64,000 nucleotides of DNA, from the NCBI GenBank assembly GCA_964547875.1, contig CAZJPE010000001.1:38535-102534 (forward strand), read 5' to 3'. The notes below the pieces were generated by a model. That model had not been told where the DNA came from and ran no database searches. It worked only from the letters and a program-made list of their open reading frames with translations. Made by a program: the position numbers and the translations under genes. The stretch comes from Candidatus Woesearchaeota archaeon. GTDB lineage: Archaea > Nanobdellota > Nanobdellia > Pacearchaeales > GW2011-AR1. Of this stretch, positions 1-10,700 are shown one piece after another (the first letter of the stretch is position 1; each line of letters opens with the position of its first letter).

Positions 1-1152
1 GGTATACAGGCTAATAGATGGTATTTTGTTGTTGGTACTTTTAATCGTACAACAGCAACGCTATATCTCGATGGCGTCTTGGTGAGTCAAAAAATAGGAT
101 CAAGAAATATTTTATATTCTGATGATTCGCTAGTTATTGGATATGAGCAACAAGGACCAAATCGAAATTATTTTAATGGCACAATTGACGAACTGAGAAT
201 ATGGAACAGAAGTTTATCCGCGGATGAGATTGAAGAGCAATACTATTCTAATTTATTTAAGTACGACGTTGATAAATGGAGTTTATATGTTAATCAAAAT
301 TTTATAGTAAATGGAACATACACATATCAGGCATTTGCTTCTAACATTCTTAATAATTGGGCTGCGACTGAAGAGCGAGTCTTGAATGTAAATGTTTCTT
401 ATTTAATTATTGATATCTCGGATTTAGGTTTTCAAAATATTCAACCTGGAAAAGCTGAATATGTAAATTTCTCTGTTCTTGTTTCTAATTATATTGGACA
501 GAATTTGATTAGGTTGAATGCGAGTTTTTCTAGGGGAAATATTGCTAGAACAAATGTATCTTGCGCCCGTGTTGCCGATGTTAGCTCAACAATTGCGAAT
601 TATTCTTGTAGTGTTGATATTTGGTATTTTGATCCTTCTGGGGAATGGAATGTCAGTGCTGATGTTAGGGATTCTGTTGGGAGAGTAGCTTATCGCAACG
701 AGATTTTTAACTTAATGTCAGAGGCTTTTATTTCGCATCAAGGTATTTTGTCTTATGGGAGTTTATTGCCGGGAGATACAAATATAATTAGAGATTTCTT
801 ATTGAATAATATAGGGAATGACGCGTTTAGCCAGATTAAAATTAAAGGAAGAAATCTTTTGCAGCAACCTTTTGGACCAAACATAATTCCATCAGTTAAT
901 TTTGCCGTTAGCGATATTAGTGCTTCGTCTTGTAGTGGAATTATTTTAGATCATGGCGTTGAGAAGACTGTAACAGGACTTACGTTGCAGGTCGGGAATA
1001 ATTCAATAAATACAAGAGACTCTAGTTCTGGACAAGAAGAATTATTTATCTGCCTTAAACAAGTTCCTATTGGCATACCTTCTGCAGAATACAAAGCGGG
1101 GCAGGCTAATACGTGGGAGATAACAACTATCCCTCCTCATACTTTTGCGTAA
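1..1152 (+). CDS. C-terminal part of a large secreted surface protein with a LamG/concanavalin-A-like lectin domain (5' partial; the frame is open back to position 1)
   Basis: Frame 1 is open from nt 1. Motif NRWYFVVGTFNRTTATLYLDGVLV...GTIDELRIWNRSLSADEI is a classic LamG/ConA-like pattern. Many N-x-S/T sequons. Confidence 0.6.
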   Translation, partial: GIQANRWYFVVGTFNRTTATLYLDGVLVSQKIGSRNILYSDDSLVIGYEQQGPNRNYFNGTIDELRIWNRSLSADEIEEQYYSNLFKYDVDKWSLYVNQNFIVNGTYTYQAFASNILNNWAATEERVLNVNVSYLIIDISDLGFQNIQPGKAEYVNFSVLVSNYIGQNLIRLNASFSRGNIARTNVSCARVADVSSTIANYSCSVDIWYFDPSGEWNVSADVRDSVGRVAYRNEIFNLMSEAFISHQGILSYGSLLPGDTNIIRDFLLNNIGNDAFSQIKIKGRNLLQQPFGPNIIPSVNFAVSDISASSCSGIILDHGVEKTVTGLTLQVGNNSINTRDSSSGQEELFICLKQVPIGIPSAEYKAGQANTWEITTIPPHTFA

Positions 1153-1276
1153 TTTTAATTACCTTTGATAAATGAATTTGTTGAATACAAATAAAATTCT
1201 TTAACGAAATGTTTATAAATGACGATGAATATTAAAGATTAGGTTTTATAAAGATAAAGAAAATCTTAAAAGAGGG

Positions 1277-2347
1277 ATGATGAAAAATAAAAAGATTATT
1301 TATATTGGATTTTTTGCAATTGTATTATTTGCGATGATTTCTTTTGTTAGCGCAGGGTTTGGTGATTGGATCAAAGGATTGTTTGGGGAGCCGCAGTTGG
1401 GGCCTTTTAATGCGACGGTTACGATTCAGAGCCTTCCGCCAAATATTGTTAGGATATTTAATGTGACTGATGATTTTGTAAGTAGCGGCGTTGATAGTGT
1501 TCTGCCTACACCTGATAGTGCTTCTAATGTGTATGTAACATTTTTGGCTGACGATCCAAATGGAAGAACAGACTTGCCTACTACTTTGACTATAGGAACT
1601 AATGTGGACCTCAATCTTACTTATTCCGGTGTAAGAGCTACTACTTCTAGTTATATTGGTTCATCAGCATCTGCAGATACTTGTGTTGAGGTTACTAATT
1701 GTGGCTCGTGTAGTTCTAATCAAAGGATGTATTTTTGTAACTTGTCATCAGCCATGCAATTTTATTATCAGCCTAATTTTACAGCTAATCTTTGGTTTAC
1801 TAGCACAAGAATAAGTGATATTACGCTTACTTTTGGGCCAGCTAATAATACATTTGGATTTACATATCGTGAACTTGCTGATGTTTTGAATATTGTTAAT
1901 CTGACATGGTATGGTATTTCTCCTTCAGGTACTAATCAGAAAGCTACTGATAATGTTACTCTTATTAACAAGGGTAATAGATTGCTTAAAAGTGTAAATA
2001 TAACTGCTTACAACCTTACAGGTTCTAATTATCCTGGTACTAAGGCGCTGATTCCTGCTAACACAATTAGGGCCAATGGCACGATCGGAACAGAGTGCAA
2101 TAGTATTGGCACAACAACTTTTTGGGAACATGCAGGATTAAATGTTACTATTGGCAATCTTGATTATGGACCTAGCGAACAAAGAAGTTTACATTTTTGC
2201 ATATTTCCTGCCTTAAATGCGCTTCCTGAATATGCCCCCGGGGGTTTGGATTTGGGTAATTCTCCATATACCGCTAGAGGGCCATTAGTTGGAGGAAACA
2301 TAAATCCTGCTACAGGAACATCTGATTGGAGGTTGCAGTTGGTATGA
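1277..2347 (+). CDS. Secreted/surface glycoprotein, hypothetical (N-terminal signal/TM)
   Basis: N-terminal KKIIYIGFFAIVLFAMISFVSA hydrophobic segment; sequon-rich, Thr/Ser/Asn-rich ectodomain. Confidence 0.5.
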   Translation: MMKNKKIIYIGFFAIVLFAMISFVSAGFGDWIKGLFGEPQLGPFNATVTIQSLPPNIVRIFNVTDDFVSSGVDSVLPTPDSASNVYVTFLADDPNGRTDLPTTLTIGTNVDLNLTYSGVRATTSSYIGSSASADTCVEVTNCGSCSSNQRMYFCNLSSAMQFYYQPNFTANLWFTSTRISDITLTFGPANNTFGFTYRELADVLNIVNLTWYGISPSGTNQKATDNVTLINKGNRLLKSVNITAYNLTGSNYPGTKALIPANTIRANGTIGTECNSIGTTTFWEHAGLNVTIGNLDYGPSEQRSLHFCIFPALNALPEYAPGGLDLGNSPYTARGPLVGGNINPATGTSDWRLQLV

Positions 2348-2910
2348 AAATTCAATATAGTATCAAAAATATATTTATCTTTATAGTAGGGACTATTTTT
2401 CTTATTTTGTTTAGTTCTTTTATTAGCGCCCTTACAGTCGCTGTTCCAGGCGATTTGAGTTTGTATCCTGGGCAGGTTTATGATACTGGCTTTGATATAA
2501 TGAATACGATTGGAGGGAGTGGTGATTTAGTCTTAGAAGCGCAATTTTCAGAGGGCTCTGAAATTGTTTCTTTCACTCAAGGGAATAGATTTGAAGTTCC
2601 CGGCGGGAGTTCAGTACCTGCTTTTGTAAGGTTTAGGATTCCAGCCAATGCAGCCCTAGGGACTATATATCCTATTAAGGTCGTATTTAAAACCGTATCT
2701 GAAGGAAAAGGAAGCGGGAGTGTTAGCTTTGTAGAAGACGTTGTCACAACATTTAAGGTTACAATAGTTGAGCAGTCAACAATAAGCGTTCAGCCTACCG
2801 CAGAGGCAGAAAAAGTCAGCGTATTTTCCAATGTATGGTTCTGGATTATAGTAATTATTATAATAGTTATAATTTTATGGCTTATTTTCAAGGTAAAGAA
2901 AAAGCAGTGA
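2344..2910 (+). CDS. Membrane-anchored surface protein (N-terminal signal, C-terminal TM anchor)
   Basis: GGAGGT 11 nt upstream of ATG 2344 (the ORF track extends to a TTG at 2326). C-terminal VWFWIIVIIIIVIILWLIFKVKKKQ anchor. Confidence 0.5.
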   Translation: MKIQYSIKNIFIFIVGTIFLILFSSFISALTVAVPGDLSLYPGQVYDTGFDIMNTIGGSGDLVLEAQFSEGSEIVSFTQGNRFEVPGGSSVPAFVRFRIPANAALGTIYPIKVVFKTVSEGKGSGSVSFVEDVVTTFKVTIVEQSTISVQPTAEAEKVSVFSNVWFWIIVIIIIVIILWLIFKVKKKQ

Positions 2911-2919
2911 TTTAATTTT

Positions 2920-3144
2920 ATGGCAGCTAAAATAAATTACATAGAAAAATTGATTGAATGGCATAAATACCCTATAAACGCATTTCTTCATCTTGTTGCA
3001 CTGATTATTTTAGTGATTGCCTTATGGTATCATAGCTGGATTGGGATTGTAATAGCGTTTGTTATTGCTTTAATAGGTCATTTGATTCAAGAAACATATA
3101 GCCATAAAGATAGAATTGACAAGCTTGAAAAGAAGAGAAGATGA
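2920..3144 (+). CDS. Small membrane protein (2 TM), hypothetical
   Basis: 74 aa, two hydrophobic helices. Confidence 0.4.
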   Translation: MAAKINYIEKLIEWHKYPINAFLHLVALIILVIALWYHSWIGIVIAFVIALIGHLIQETYSHKDRIDKLEKKRR

Positions 3145-3362
3145 GTGATAATCTTATTGGATTATAGAGAATTGAGTCCGCTTCGCTGACTTTGCAAGAT
3201 TAGCGGCTTTGCGTGAGTTTTAATCACATCTAGAAAAGTAAGACAATCTTCTAAAATTGTGTAAGATTATTCTTGCCGTTATTTATCCGTAATACCCTGT
3301 GATCTTGCCATAGTGATAAAGCTATAAGTTAACATAACTGACTATAGTAATTTATTACATTT

Positions 3363-4658
3363 TTAATTTTCTTCATAGATGAGGAGCCATTTCCATAGAG
3401 GCATAAATATTATTCCTCCCTCACTTTTTTCTATATTTCTTGTCAAGATTATCAAATCCTTTGTCTTTATTTTGAATTCCTTTTTAAAATCCATTAAACC
3501 ACTTATTTCCCTTTTGTTTATTTCGTCTGCATCTGTTACGTTTAAGGCGCTTAGGGAATTATCTTTATTCTTTATAATAAAATCAACTTCATTTTTGTTT
3601 TTCCAATAATAAATTTTTTTACTTCTTCTTTTAAGTTCGAGAAAAGTAAGGTTTTCTATTAATTTTCCTCTGTCTTCTGAAAATTTGAAACTTACTGCAT
3701 TTCTCAAGCCATTGTCAATACAATATACTTTAGATGCCCTTGTTTTTTGTTCTTTATAACTATAGGAGAAGTGCTCTAAAGTAAAAATTAGAAATGCTTC
3801 CTTACAATAAGATAGATATTCTTTTACTGTATCATACGCTATTTTAAGAACGTTTCTTATATTTCTTAGTGATATCAGAGAGGTAATACTAGTCATAAAA
3901 AATAATGTAATATCTCTTGTCTTTTGAGCATTCAAATCATAACGGTCAACAATGTCTTTATATATTATATCATCGAAATATTGCTCGAGTAATTTTATTT
4001 TGAAATCTGATGCCTTTGTAAGAACTTCTGGAAATCCTCCAAAATTTAGATAATCTCTAAGATATTTTAGTATTTTTATTTTAGTTGTTTCTAAAATTAT
4101 ACCTTTTCTAAGTTTTGCTTTGTCTATTTCTATATTATGAAAAAATAGAAATTCCTCAAAACTTAATGGAAATACCTCAAAAGTAATGTTTCTGCCTGTT
4201 AATAAAGTAGAATATTCTTTTTTTAAGAGATGAGAGCTAGAACCTGAAATAATAAATTTGTCATTTGATTTTAAGTCATATTTTTTTCTTATCCATAATT
4301 CCCAGCCTTCTTTTCTCTGAATCTCATCTAAAAAGATATATGCCTTTTTGTCTATATTGAGATATTGCCTATAACTTAGATAGAGGTCATCTAATGAGTC
4401 GTGTATAAGTTTCTTGTCTTCGCAATTTATAAAAAGTATTTGTTGTGGGGCAATTCCTTTTTTTAGTAAAGAGTCAATCATTTGATACATTAATGTGCTT
4501 TTTCCTGAACGCCTAACTCCGGTAATTATAGTTATTTCTTTTACGTTTATAGATTTAAGTAGGAGATTGTAAGATTTGCGTGATCTACCTTTTAATTCAG
4601 ATGTTACTTCTAGCTTCTCCCACCAAGGGTTCCATTCGTTGAGTTTCTCTATTTCCAT
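3363..4658 (-). CDS. AAA+ ATPase of the AAA_14/DUF4143 family
   Basis: Walker A GVRRSGKST; Walker B IFLDEIQ; 431-aa architecture typical of the archaeal COG1373-type ATPases. Confidence 0.75.
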   Translation of the reverse strand: MEIEKLNEWNPWWEKLEVTSELKGRSRKSYNLLLKSINVKEITIITGVRRSGKSTLMYQMIDSLLKKGIAPQQILFINCEDKKLIHDSLDDLYLSYRQYLNIDKKAYIFLDEIQRKEGWELWIRKKYDLKSNDKFIISGSSSHLLKKEYSTLLTGRNITFEVFPLSFEEFLFFHNIEIDKAKLRKGIILETTKIKILKYLRDYLNFGGFPEVLTKASDFKIKLLEQYFDDIIYKDIVDRYDLNAQKTRDITLFFMTSITSLISLRNIRNVLKIAYDTVKEYLSYCKEAFLIFTLEHFSYSYKEQKTRASKVYCIDNGLRNAVSFKFSEDRGKLIENLTFLELKRRSKKIYYWKNKNEVDFIIKNKDNSLSALNVTDADEINKREISGLMDFKKEFKIKTKDLIILTRNIEKSEGGIIFMPLWKWLLIYEEN

Positions 4659-4922
4659 TTTGTTACATTAAGATGTAACAAATAGTATATAAATGTTACG
4701 TTTTAGTGTAACTATAGTTTGAAGGTTGCGAAAACCGCTTCTAATAATTTTCTCTGAAGACTTACAAAAAACGCATGTTATCATTTTCACTCCTTCTCAT
4801 CGTGGAGGACATTTTATTATCAATCTATAGAAGACTTAATAGAATCTGTTGGATATATTGGCATAATAAGGATAACTTGGAAATACAAAAAGTATTAAAT
4901 ATCTCATTTCATTTTTTATCTC

Positions 4923-5603
4923 ATGAAAAGAGCAATTGTATTTTTGATTTTATTGTTAAATATAAATTTTTTTATTTCTTCTGTCAGCGCATTCGGAGTT
5001 GCAACTTTATATTCTGACAATTATCCTTTGAAAATGTATCCTGGAGAAACAAAAGAGACATTTTTTTTGTTGAGAAATGTTGTAGAGGGAGACGACGATG
5101 TTGTTATTAAGTCCGAACTTACGAGCGGGGCGGATATTGCCAAATTGATAGATGGGGCGAAGAGTTATGATGCCCCTTTTGGAAGCGAGATTGAAGTGCC
5201 TCTTAGCATAGAGATACCTAAAGAAGCAGTGATAGGGAGCGAGTATAGAATAGGGGCCATTTTCAGGCCAACTCCAACAAAGGTCGCAGGAGGAAATATT
5301 CAATTTATTATAAATATAGGAAAATCTTTTCCAGTTGTTATAATAGAGAAATCTAAACAAGCGAAGAAAGAGATTGAAACATATACAATAACACTTGAAG
5401 ATGATGGCGGAGTTGGAGGGGCATTTGCTCCGTTTATCAAGGGAGCAAAGGGTATTTGGCTCGGATTTATTTTTGGATTAATAGCAGGGATAATTATAGT
5501 GATAATGCTGATAATTTCTTTTACAATAAAAGCTGTAAAAAGAACTAGAGAATTAGCAGAAAACGATTTTATTCAGGCTGAGAATATTAGCAGACCATAT
5601 TAA
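4923..5603 (+). CDS. Surface protein with signal peptide and C-terminal TM anchor
   Basis: Signal peptide MKRAIVFLILLLNINFFISSVSA; C-terminal IWLGFIFGLIAGIIIVIMLIISF plus a basic tail. Confidence 0.5.
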   Translation: MKRAIVFLILLLNINFFISSVSAFGVATLYSDNYPLKMYPGETKETFFLLRNVVEGDDDVVIKSELTSGADIAKLIDGAKSYDAPFGSEIEVPLSIEIPKEAVIGSEYRIGAIFRPTPTKVAGGNIQFIINIGKSFPVVIIEKSKQAKKEIETYTITLEDDGGVGGAFAPFIKGAKGIWLGFIFGLIAGIIIVIMLIISFTIKAVKRTRELAENDFIQAENISRPY

Positions 5604-5868
5604 TGTTTTTTATTCATGTAGACTAGACCATAATTTTGTCTCTATACGAGATTTCGTTATTTTTGAAGATAAAATATCCCATCAAGATAACAATTATTAA
5701 GATTGCAAGCCAGAGAATAGCGGTTATTTTTTGATTCATGGAATGTTAAATCAGAGTTTATCTATAAATTTGCTCGTAAACGAAAGAAAATTACAACAAT
5801 TTAGATGACTTCATATTAACAGCTCACAATTCAGTAAGTCTTAAATAGATGATTTTATTATTTTAAGA

Positions 5869-7599
5869 ATGAAAAAAGAGTTGAATAAAAAACTGGTTTA
5901 TTTTGTTTTATCTTTTGTCTTTTTAATCTTAATTTTTGGTTTCATTTTTCCAGAAGTTTTCTTGAGATATTTTCTTATACCTGCTTTGTCTCCTTTTTTT
6001 CCTGATTACTCGCCTTTTAATGCTACTGTTACCTTAATTGGTTATTCTGCGCCTTTAATTATCAATTTATCTACGAGCATATTGGTATGCGAAGAAAGTT
6101 CTTTATCTCATTTCTTTAATGTTAGCGATTTAGATAGGAATCTTGTGGAAGTTTCTATTTCTCCTCTATCGCCTTTTTTTACAGAATTGATCAGTTCGCC
6201 TCCTATTGGAAGCAGCATATATACTGCGCGAATATTCTCTCCAATTTTGGGTAAAAATACAGTAGACAGAGCCTTAGGTTATAGAACCTATGCGAGGATA
6301 GTTTCTGCAAGAGATTCTACTAATTTAATCGATACGAAAGCGGTAGATATTATTGTGATAGAGATAAATAATAGGCCCTTTGTAGTTGGCATAGGCGTAA
6401 GGACAGTTTGGATGCAGGGAGATGACAGCACTTTTGAGCATCAACTCAATGTTTTTGATGTTGAAGACGGAAATCAAAATTCTGGAGATTTAACTTTTAA
6501 TTTAACATTTTTAGATAACTCCCCAATATTATTTAATATCAGCGCTAATGGGACAATGATATTTACGCCTAATGTTAGCGAGATTGCAGCAGGAGTCTAT
6601 AATCTTAGTGTTTATAATATTAGCGTGTGCGTGAAAGATAAGGGATTAAATAATATTCATCCTAACATAACTATTTGCGGGCAAGATGGAGGCTCAAATG
6701 AGGTTTGTCAGAATTTTAGTTTAACTATTACAGATGAAAATAGGGCGCCGATTATTACAACACATTATCCTTTGAACTTGAGTTTTAGTGCAGATGGAAT
6801 AAGTATTTTATATTTTAACATTACAACAAGGGATCCTGATGGAACAATTCCTGATGCTTATTGGTATGTTGATGATATTCTTAGGAACTATAGTTCAAGC
6901 AGCTTATTTTATGAGTTTTTGCATACATTTGGATGTGGTGTTTCTGGAAGGCATAATATTACTGCTTTAGTAACAGATGGTTTGCTTAATACTTCCCTAA
7001 CTTGGAATGCCAGCGTTCAAAATGTTGCTTGTCCATCACCTCAACAATCTGGAGGAGGCGGAGGCGGTTTTGAAAAATGTAATGAAAAATGGGCGTGCTT
7101 GGATTGGAATGTCTGCCAGAATGCAGAAGGTTCTTTCAGCTCTGGCTTAATATCAGGTGATGATTTTGACACTATAAAAGAAAATTGCAGACTTGATTTA
7201 TTTGGAGAGAATTGTGGATTGCAGATAAGGGGCTGTTATGACATAAATTCCTGCAAAACTAGTTCATTCAAGCCTGATGAGATAGGGCATTGCTATTATG
7301 TTGAGAATCCGAGTTGTAGCGATGGAGTTAAAAATTGTCATGATGAAACTTGTGAATTATTGATTGATTGCGGCGGGCCTTGTGACGCTTGTCCGACATG
7401 TTCAGATGGAAAAAGAAACCAGGGCGAGTTAGGAAAAGATTGCGGAGGACCATGTCCTTTGATATGTCCTTATAGACCGTCTCTATTTGCTATATTGAGA
7501 ATCCAATATATCTTTTTAGCTTTAATCTTATTGTTTTTGATAATAGTGGTAATACAAATAATCAGGTTTTATAGAGCGAGAAAGAAGATAACGAAATAA
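5869..7599 (+). CDS. Cys-rich membrane-anchored surface protein
   Basis: N-terminal TM; Gly6 linker; Cys-rich module with repeated DCGGPC; C-terminal TM plus RARKK tail. Confidence 0.5.
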   Translation: MKKELNKKLVYFVLSFVFLILIFGFIFPEVFLRYFLIPALSPFFPDYSPFNATVTLIGYSAPLIINLSTSILVCEESSLSHFFNVSDLDRNLVEVSISPLSPFFTELISSPPIGSSIYTARIFSPILGKNTVDRALGYRTYARIVSARDSTNLIDTKAVDIIVIEINNRPFVVGIGVRTVWMQGDDSTFEHQLNVFDVEDGNQNSGDLTFNLTFLDNSPILFNISANGTMIFTPNVSEIAAGVYNLSVYNISVCVKDKGLNNIHPNITICGQDGGSNEVCQNFSLTITDENRAPIITTHYPLNLSFSADGISILYFNITTRDPDGTIPDAYWYVDDILRNYSSSSLFYEFLHTFGCGVSGRHNITALVTDGLLNTSLTWNASVQNVACPSPQQSGGGGGGFEKCNEKWACLDWNVCQNAEGSFSSGLISGDDFDTIKENCRLDLFGENCGLQIRGCYDINSCKTSSFKPDEIGHCYYVENPSCSDGVKNCHDETCELLIDCGGPCDACPTCSDGKRNQGELGKDCGGPCPLICPYRPSLFAILRIQYIFLALILLFLIIVVIQIIRFYRARKKITK

Positions 7600-7705
7600 C
7601 GAATATTGCCAGCAATGCGTGAAGATATTTTACTCTACATTTAAAATATCGGGACAATGTTTATAAACTTGTTTTACTCTACATAATTGTTTTTAAAAGA
7701 GGATA

Positions 7706-10700
7706 ATGGTGCATAAAAGATACATAAAGATTAGGGGTAAAACTTATGGGCCTTATTATTACGAGTCTTATAGAGAAGGCAGTAAGGTAAAGAAGAGATA
7801 TCTTAAAATCCCGCATGAAAAAGAGCGTAGAGTAAAAAGCTTTTTGAATCAAAATAAAATAATTAATCTAAAATTGTTAATAATATTTTATCTTATTTTT
7901 ATTGTCATTTTGATGTTGCTTGCAATTAACAGATATTCTGCTCCATTTTTTTCTGAAAGAGAGGATAGAGCTGTATTATTGGCTCCGCCTGGAGCTTCTG
8001 TTGGAGCAAGCGATAACGCTAATTTGAGCATTTGGGATGATACAGACCTTGGGGAGAATAGGTTCAGTGGAATTTTAGTTAATTTTTATGCGAATTATAC
8101 TAATTCTGTTGGGAATGTAATAGACAATCTAAATGGAAATTGCCTGATAAGATATGATTATACTGGAGTTTATACGAATTATGATAATATGGTATATGAC
8201 ATTAATTCTTTATTGTGGAAAAGCAGTAGGACTTTTAATTACAAGGGAATTCATAATTTTGAAGTTGATTGCAGAAGTGATTTGGGAAATGTAAGCCTAA
8301 CTAATAATTTTGTTATTTCTAATTCAGAGCCTGACATAAAAGAGACGCCTGGCGGATCTCTTGATTTTGACAACAATATATTTAATAATGATATTTTAGG
8401 ATGTGTAGAAGATATTTTATGCCTATATAATATCTCGGCAAATGTCAGCGATCCTGATGTAAATGACATGCTTGTTTTTGATTACATTCCAGGGCCAAAT
8501 TCTACTTTAACTAATTTTGCCATAGATCCACAAACAGGCATTTTGAGCATAGATATAAATAAAGACGCCGATACAGGACAGAAAATAATAGAATTGACTG
8601 TAATTGACAGCGATGGAGCGAGAGACACTGCTACTTTGTCTGTGAGCATAACGCCTGTTAACGACGCTCCTGTTTTTATTAATCTGATTAATAAAAGCTT
8701 TAATATATCAATGCTATTTGAATATAACATTATTGCGAATGACGAAGAAGGCAATGTTCCATTTAGTTTCAACATAACTTTTTTAAGCTGCGAGACAGCC
8801 CAATGGTCTACGAGGACAAATTGCGAATTATTCAATACTAGTCAATATAGCGTCAATGGCACTGCAATAAATATAAGCTTTACTCCTTCAAGAAATGATG
8901 TTGGGAGCTATATAATTAATTTCAGCGTTAGTGATTCTGGAATACCAAGCGCGATTAGGAGCGAGATAATCAATTTTACTGTTCTTAATATAAATTCTGA
9001 GCCATGGTTTAGATATGTCTGCGATAATGAAAGGGAGGCTGTTGAGGATTTGGAATTTAATTGCTATATAAATGCGAGCGATATTGACGAGGTGAATAAT
9101 TTGACATTTAGTTCTAATGCGAATTGGTTTTTGGATTTTAAAAGCGTGATTGTAAATAGCACTACTAATTTTAATGGCTCTATTCTTGTTAACTTTACGG
9201 CGACAGATAAAAATGTAGGGAACTGGAGCATAAATGTTACAGTAAGGGATACTGGAATACCTATCATGCAGAATTCCAGCACATTTTATTTTTTTGTGGA
9301 CAATATTAACGATAGAGTTAAATTGCAAGATTTACCGACTATTACAGCATATACGAGCAATAATTATTCAGTATATATTAATGCTAGTGATGACGATTTG
9401 CTAATACCTGATAAAAATGTTTACAATGAGATTTTAAGTTTTTCTTCAAATGCGAGCTGGGTTTATATTAGTTCAGTTGGGATTGTTTCTGGGACAAATA
9501 TAACAAGGGCATTAATAGAATTCGATCCTAATAACGCACCAGGGAGCGGACAGCACGTTATTAATATCAGCACTAGTGATGCGAATGGTTTCTCAATAGA
9601 TTCAAAGATTTTAACTATAAATATTATAGGGAATTTTAAGCCGGTGTGGCTGAATCCTGCGGCGAATCATGTTTTGACAGAAGATAATGAATTTTATTTG
9701 AATTTGTCTGAGAATGTAACAGATCCTGAAGGAGACGCTATAAGTTTTAGCTTTAGTAGCGATACAGGCTTCCCATCGTTTTCACTAAACGCTGGAACAG
9801 GCGTGATTAATCTAACGCCTAGTGACATTGACGTTGGACAGCATATTGTTATTATTAATGCTTCAGATGTTGCAACACCAAGCCCATTTACATTTAATTT
9901 TAGTGTGAGCAATATTAACGATTTGCCTATTATAGAAACTCCTCTTCAAGGAAATAATGTCACGATAGATCTTAATTCTAATATGGAAATTATGGAAGAT
10001 AATAGAGTTGAAATATTTCTTTTTGTGAAAGATGAAGATCTAAAAATACCTCTTGGACAAAAGGATTTCTACAATGAGAACTTGGTTGTTAATTCAGTAA
10101 TAGAAGGGGCTAATAGCAATTTATTTAGTTTCGTTGAGCCAATATTTTTGCCGCCAGAAAGACTGATATTCTCTGCCATATTTACGCCGAAAAAGAGCGA
10201 TGTTGGCTTTTATAACGTAACTGTGAATGTGAGTGATGCAAGCGGCGCATTAGCAACCTTAAGCTTTAATTTGTCTATATTTGAGATTAATCATCCTCCT
10301 ACTTTTATTAATTTAACTGATCAGGCTACGATAATTGACAGAGAACTATTTTACAATATAGAAGCTTTTGACATTGAGGATGGCGATGACAGCACTGGCA
10401 ATTTAACCTATTCGTATAAATTCTTAGCTGATGGGAGAATGGATGATTTTATTGGAAATGACGAGAGAATATTCAATAAGACATCTGGAATTTTGAATGT
10501 GACATTTATCAATGGGCAGGGAGGCGCATATCATTTGAACATAAGTGTCAATGATTCCATAGGATTACAAAACACTGAAGATTTCTGGGTTTTTGTATAT
10601 GATTTGCCTATTATACTTTCGCCTCCTGCAAATTTTGTTTTCAATTTGAAAGAGGGGAATGCAACTAATCTTACCTTTGTTGCTAATTCCAGCGGGATCG

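Noticed and set aside
3145-3235. Archaeal C/D-box sRNA (GTGATAA as C box with terminal stem)
   Set aside because: No D box (CUGA) adjacent to the 3' stem and no C'/D' pair. Left as a weak generic ncRNA candidate only.
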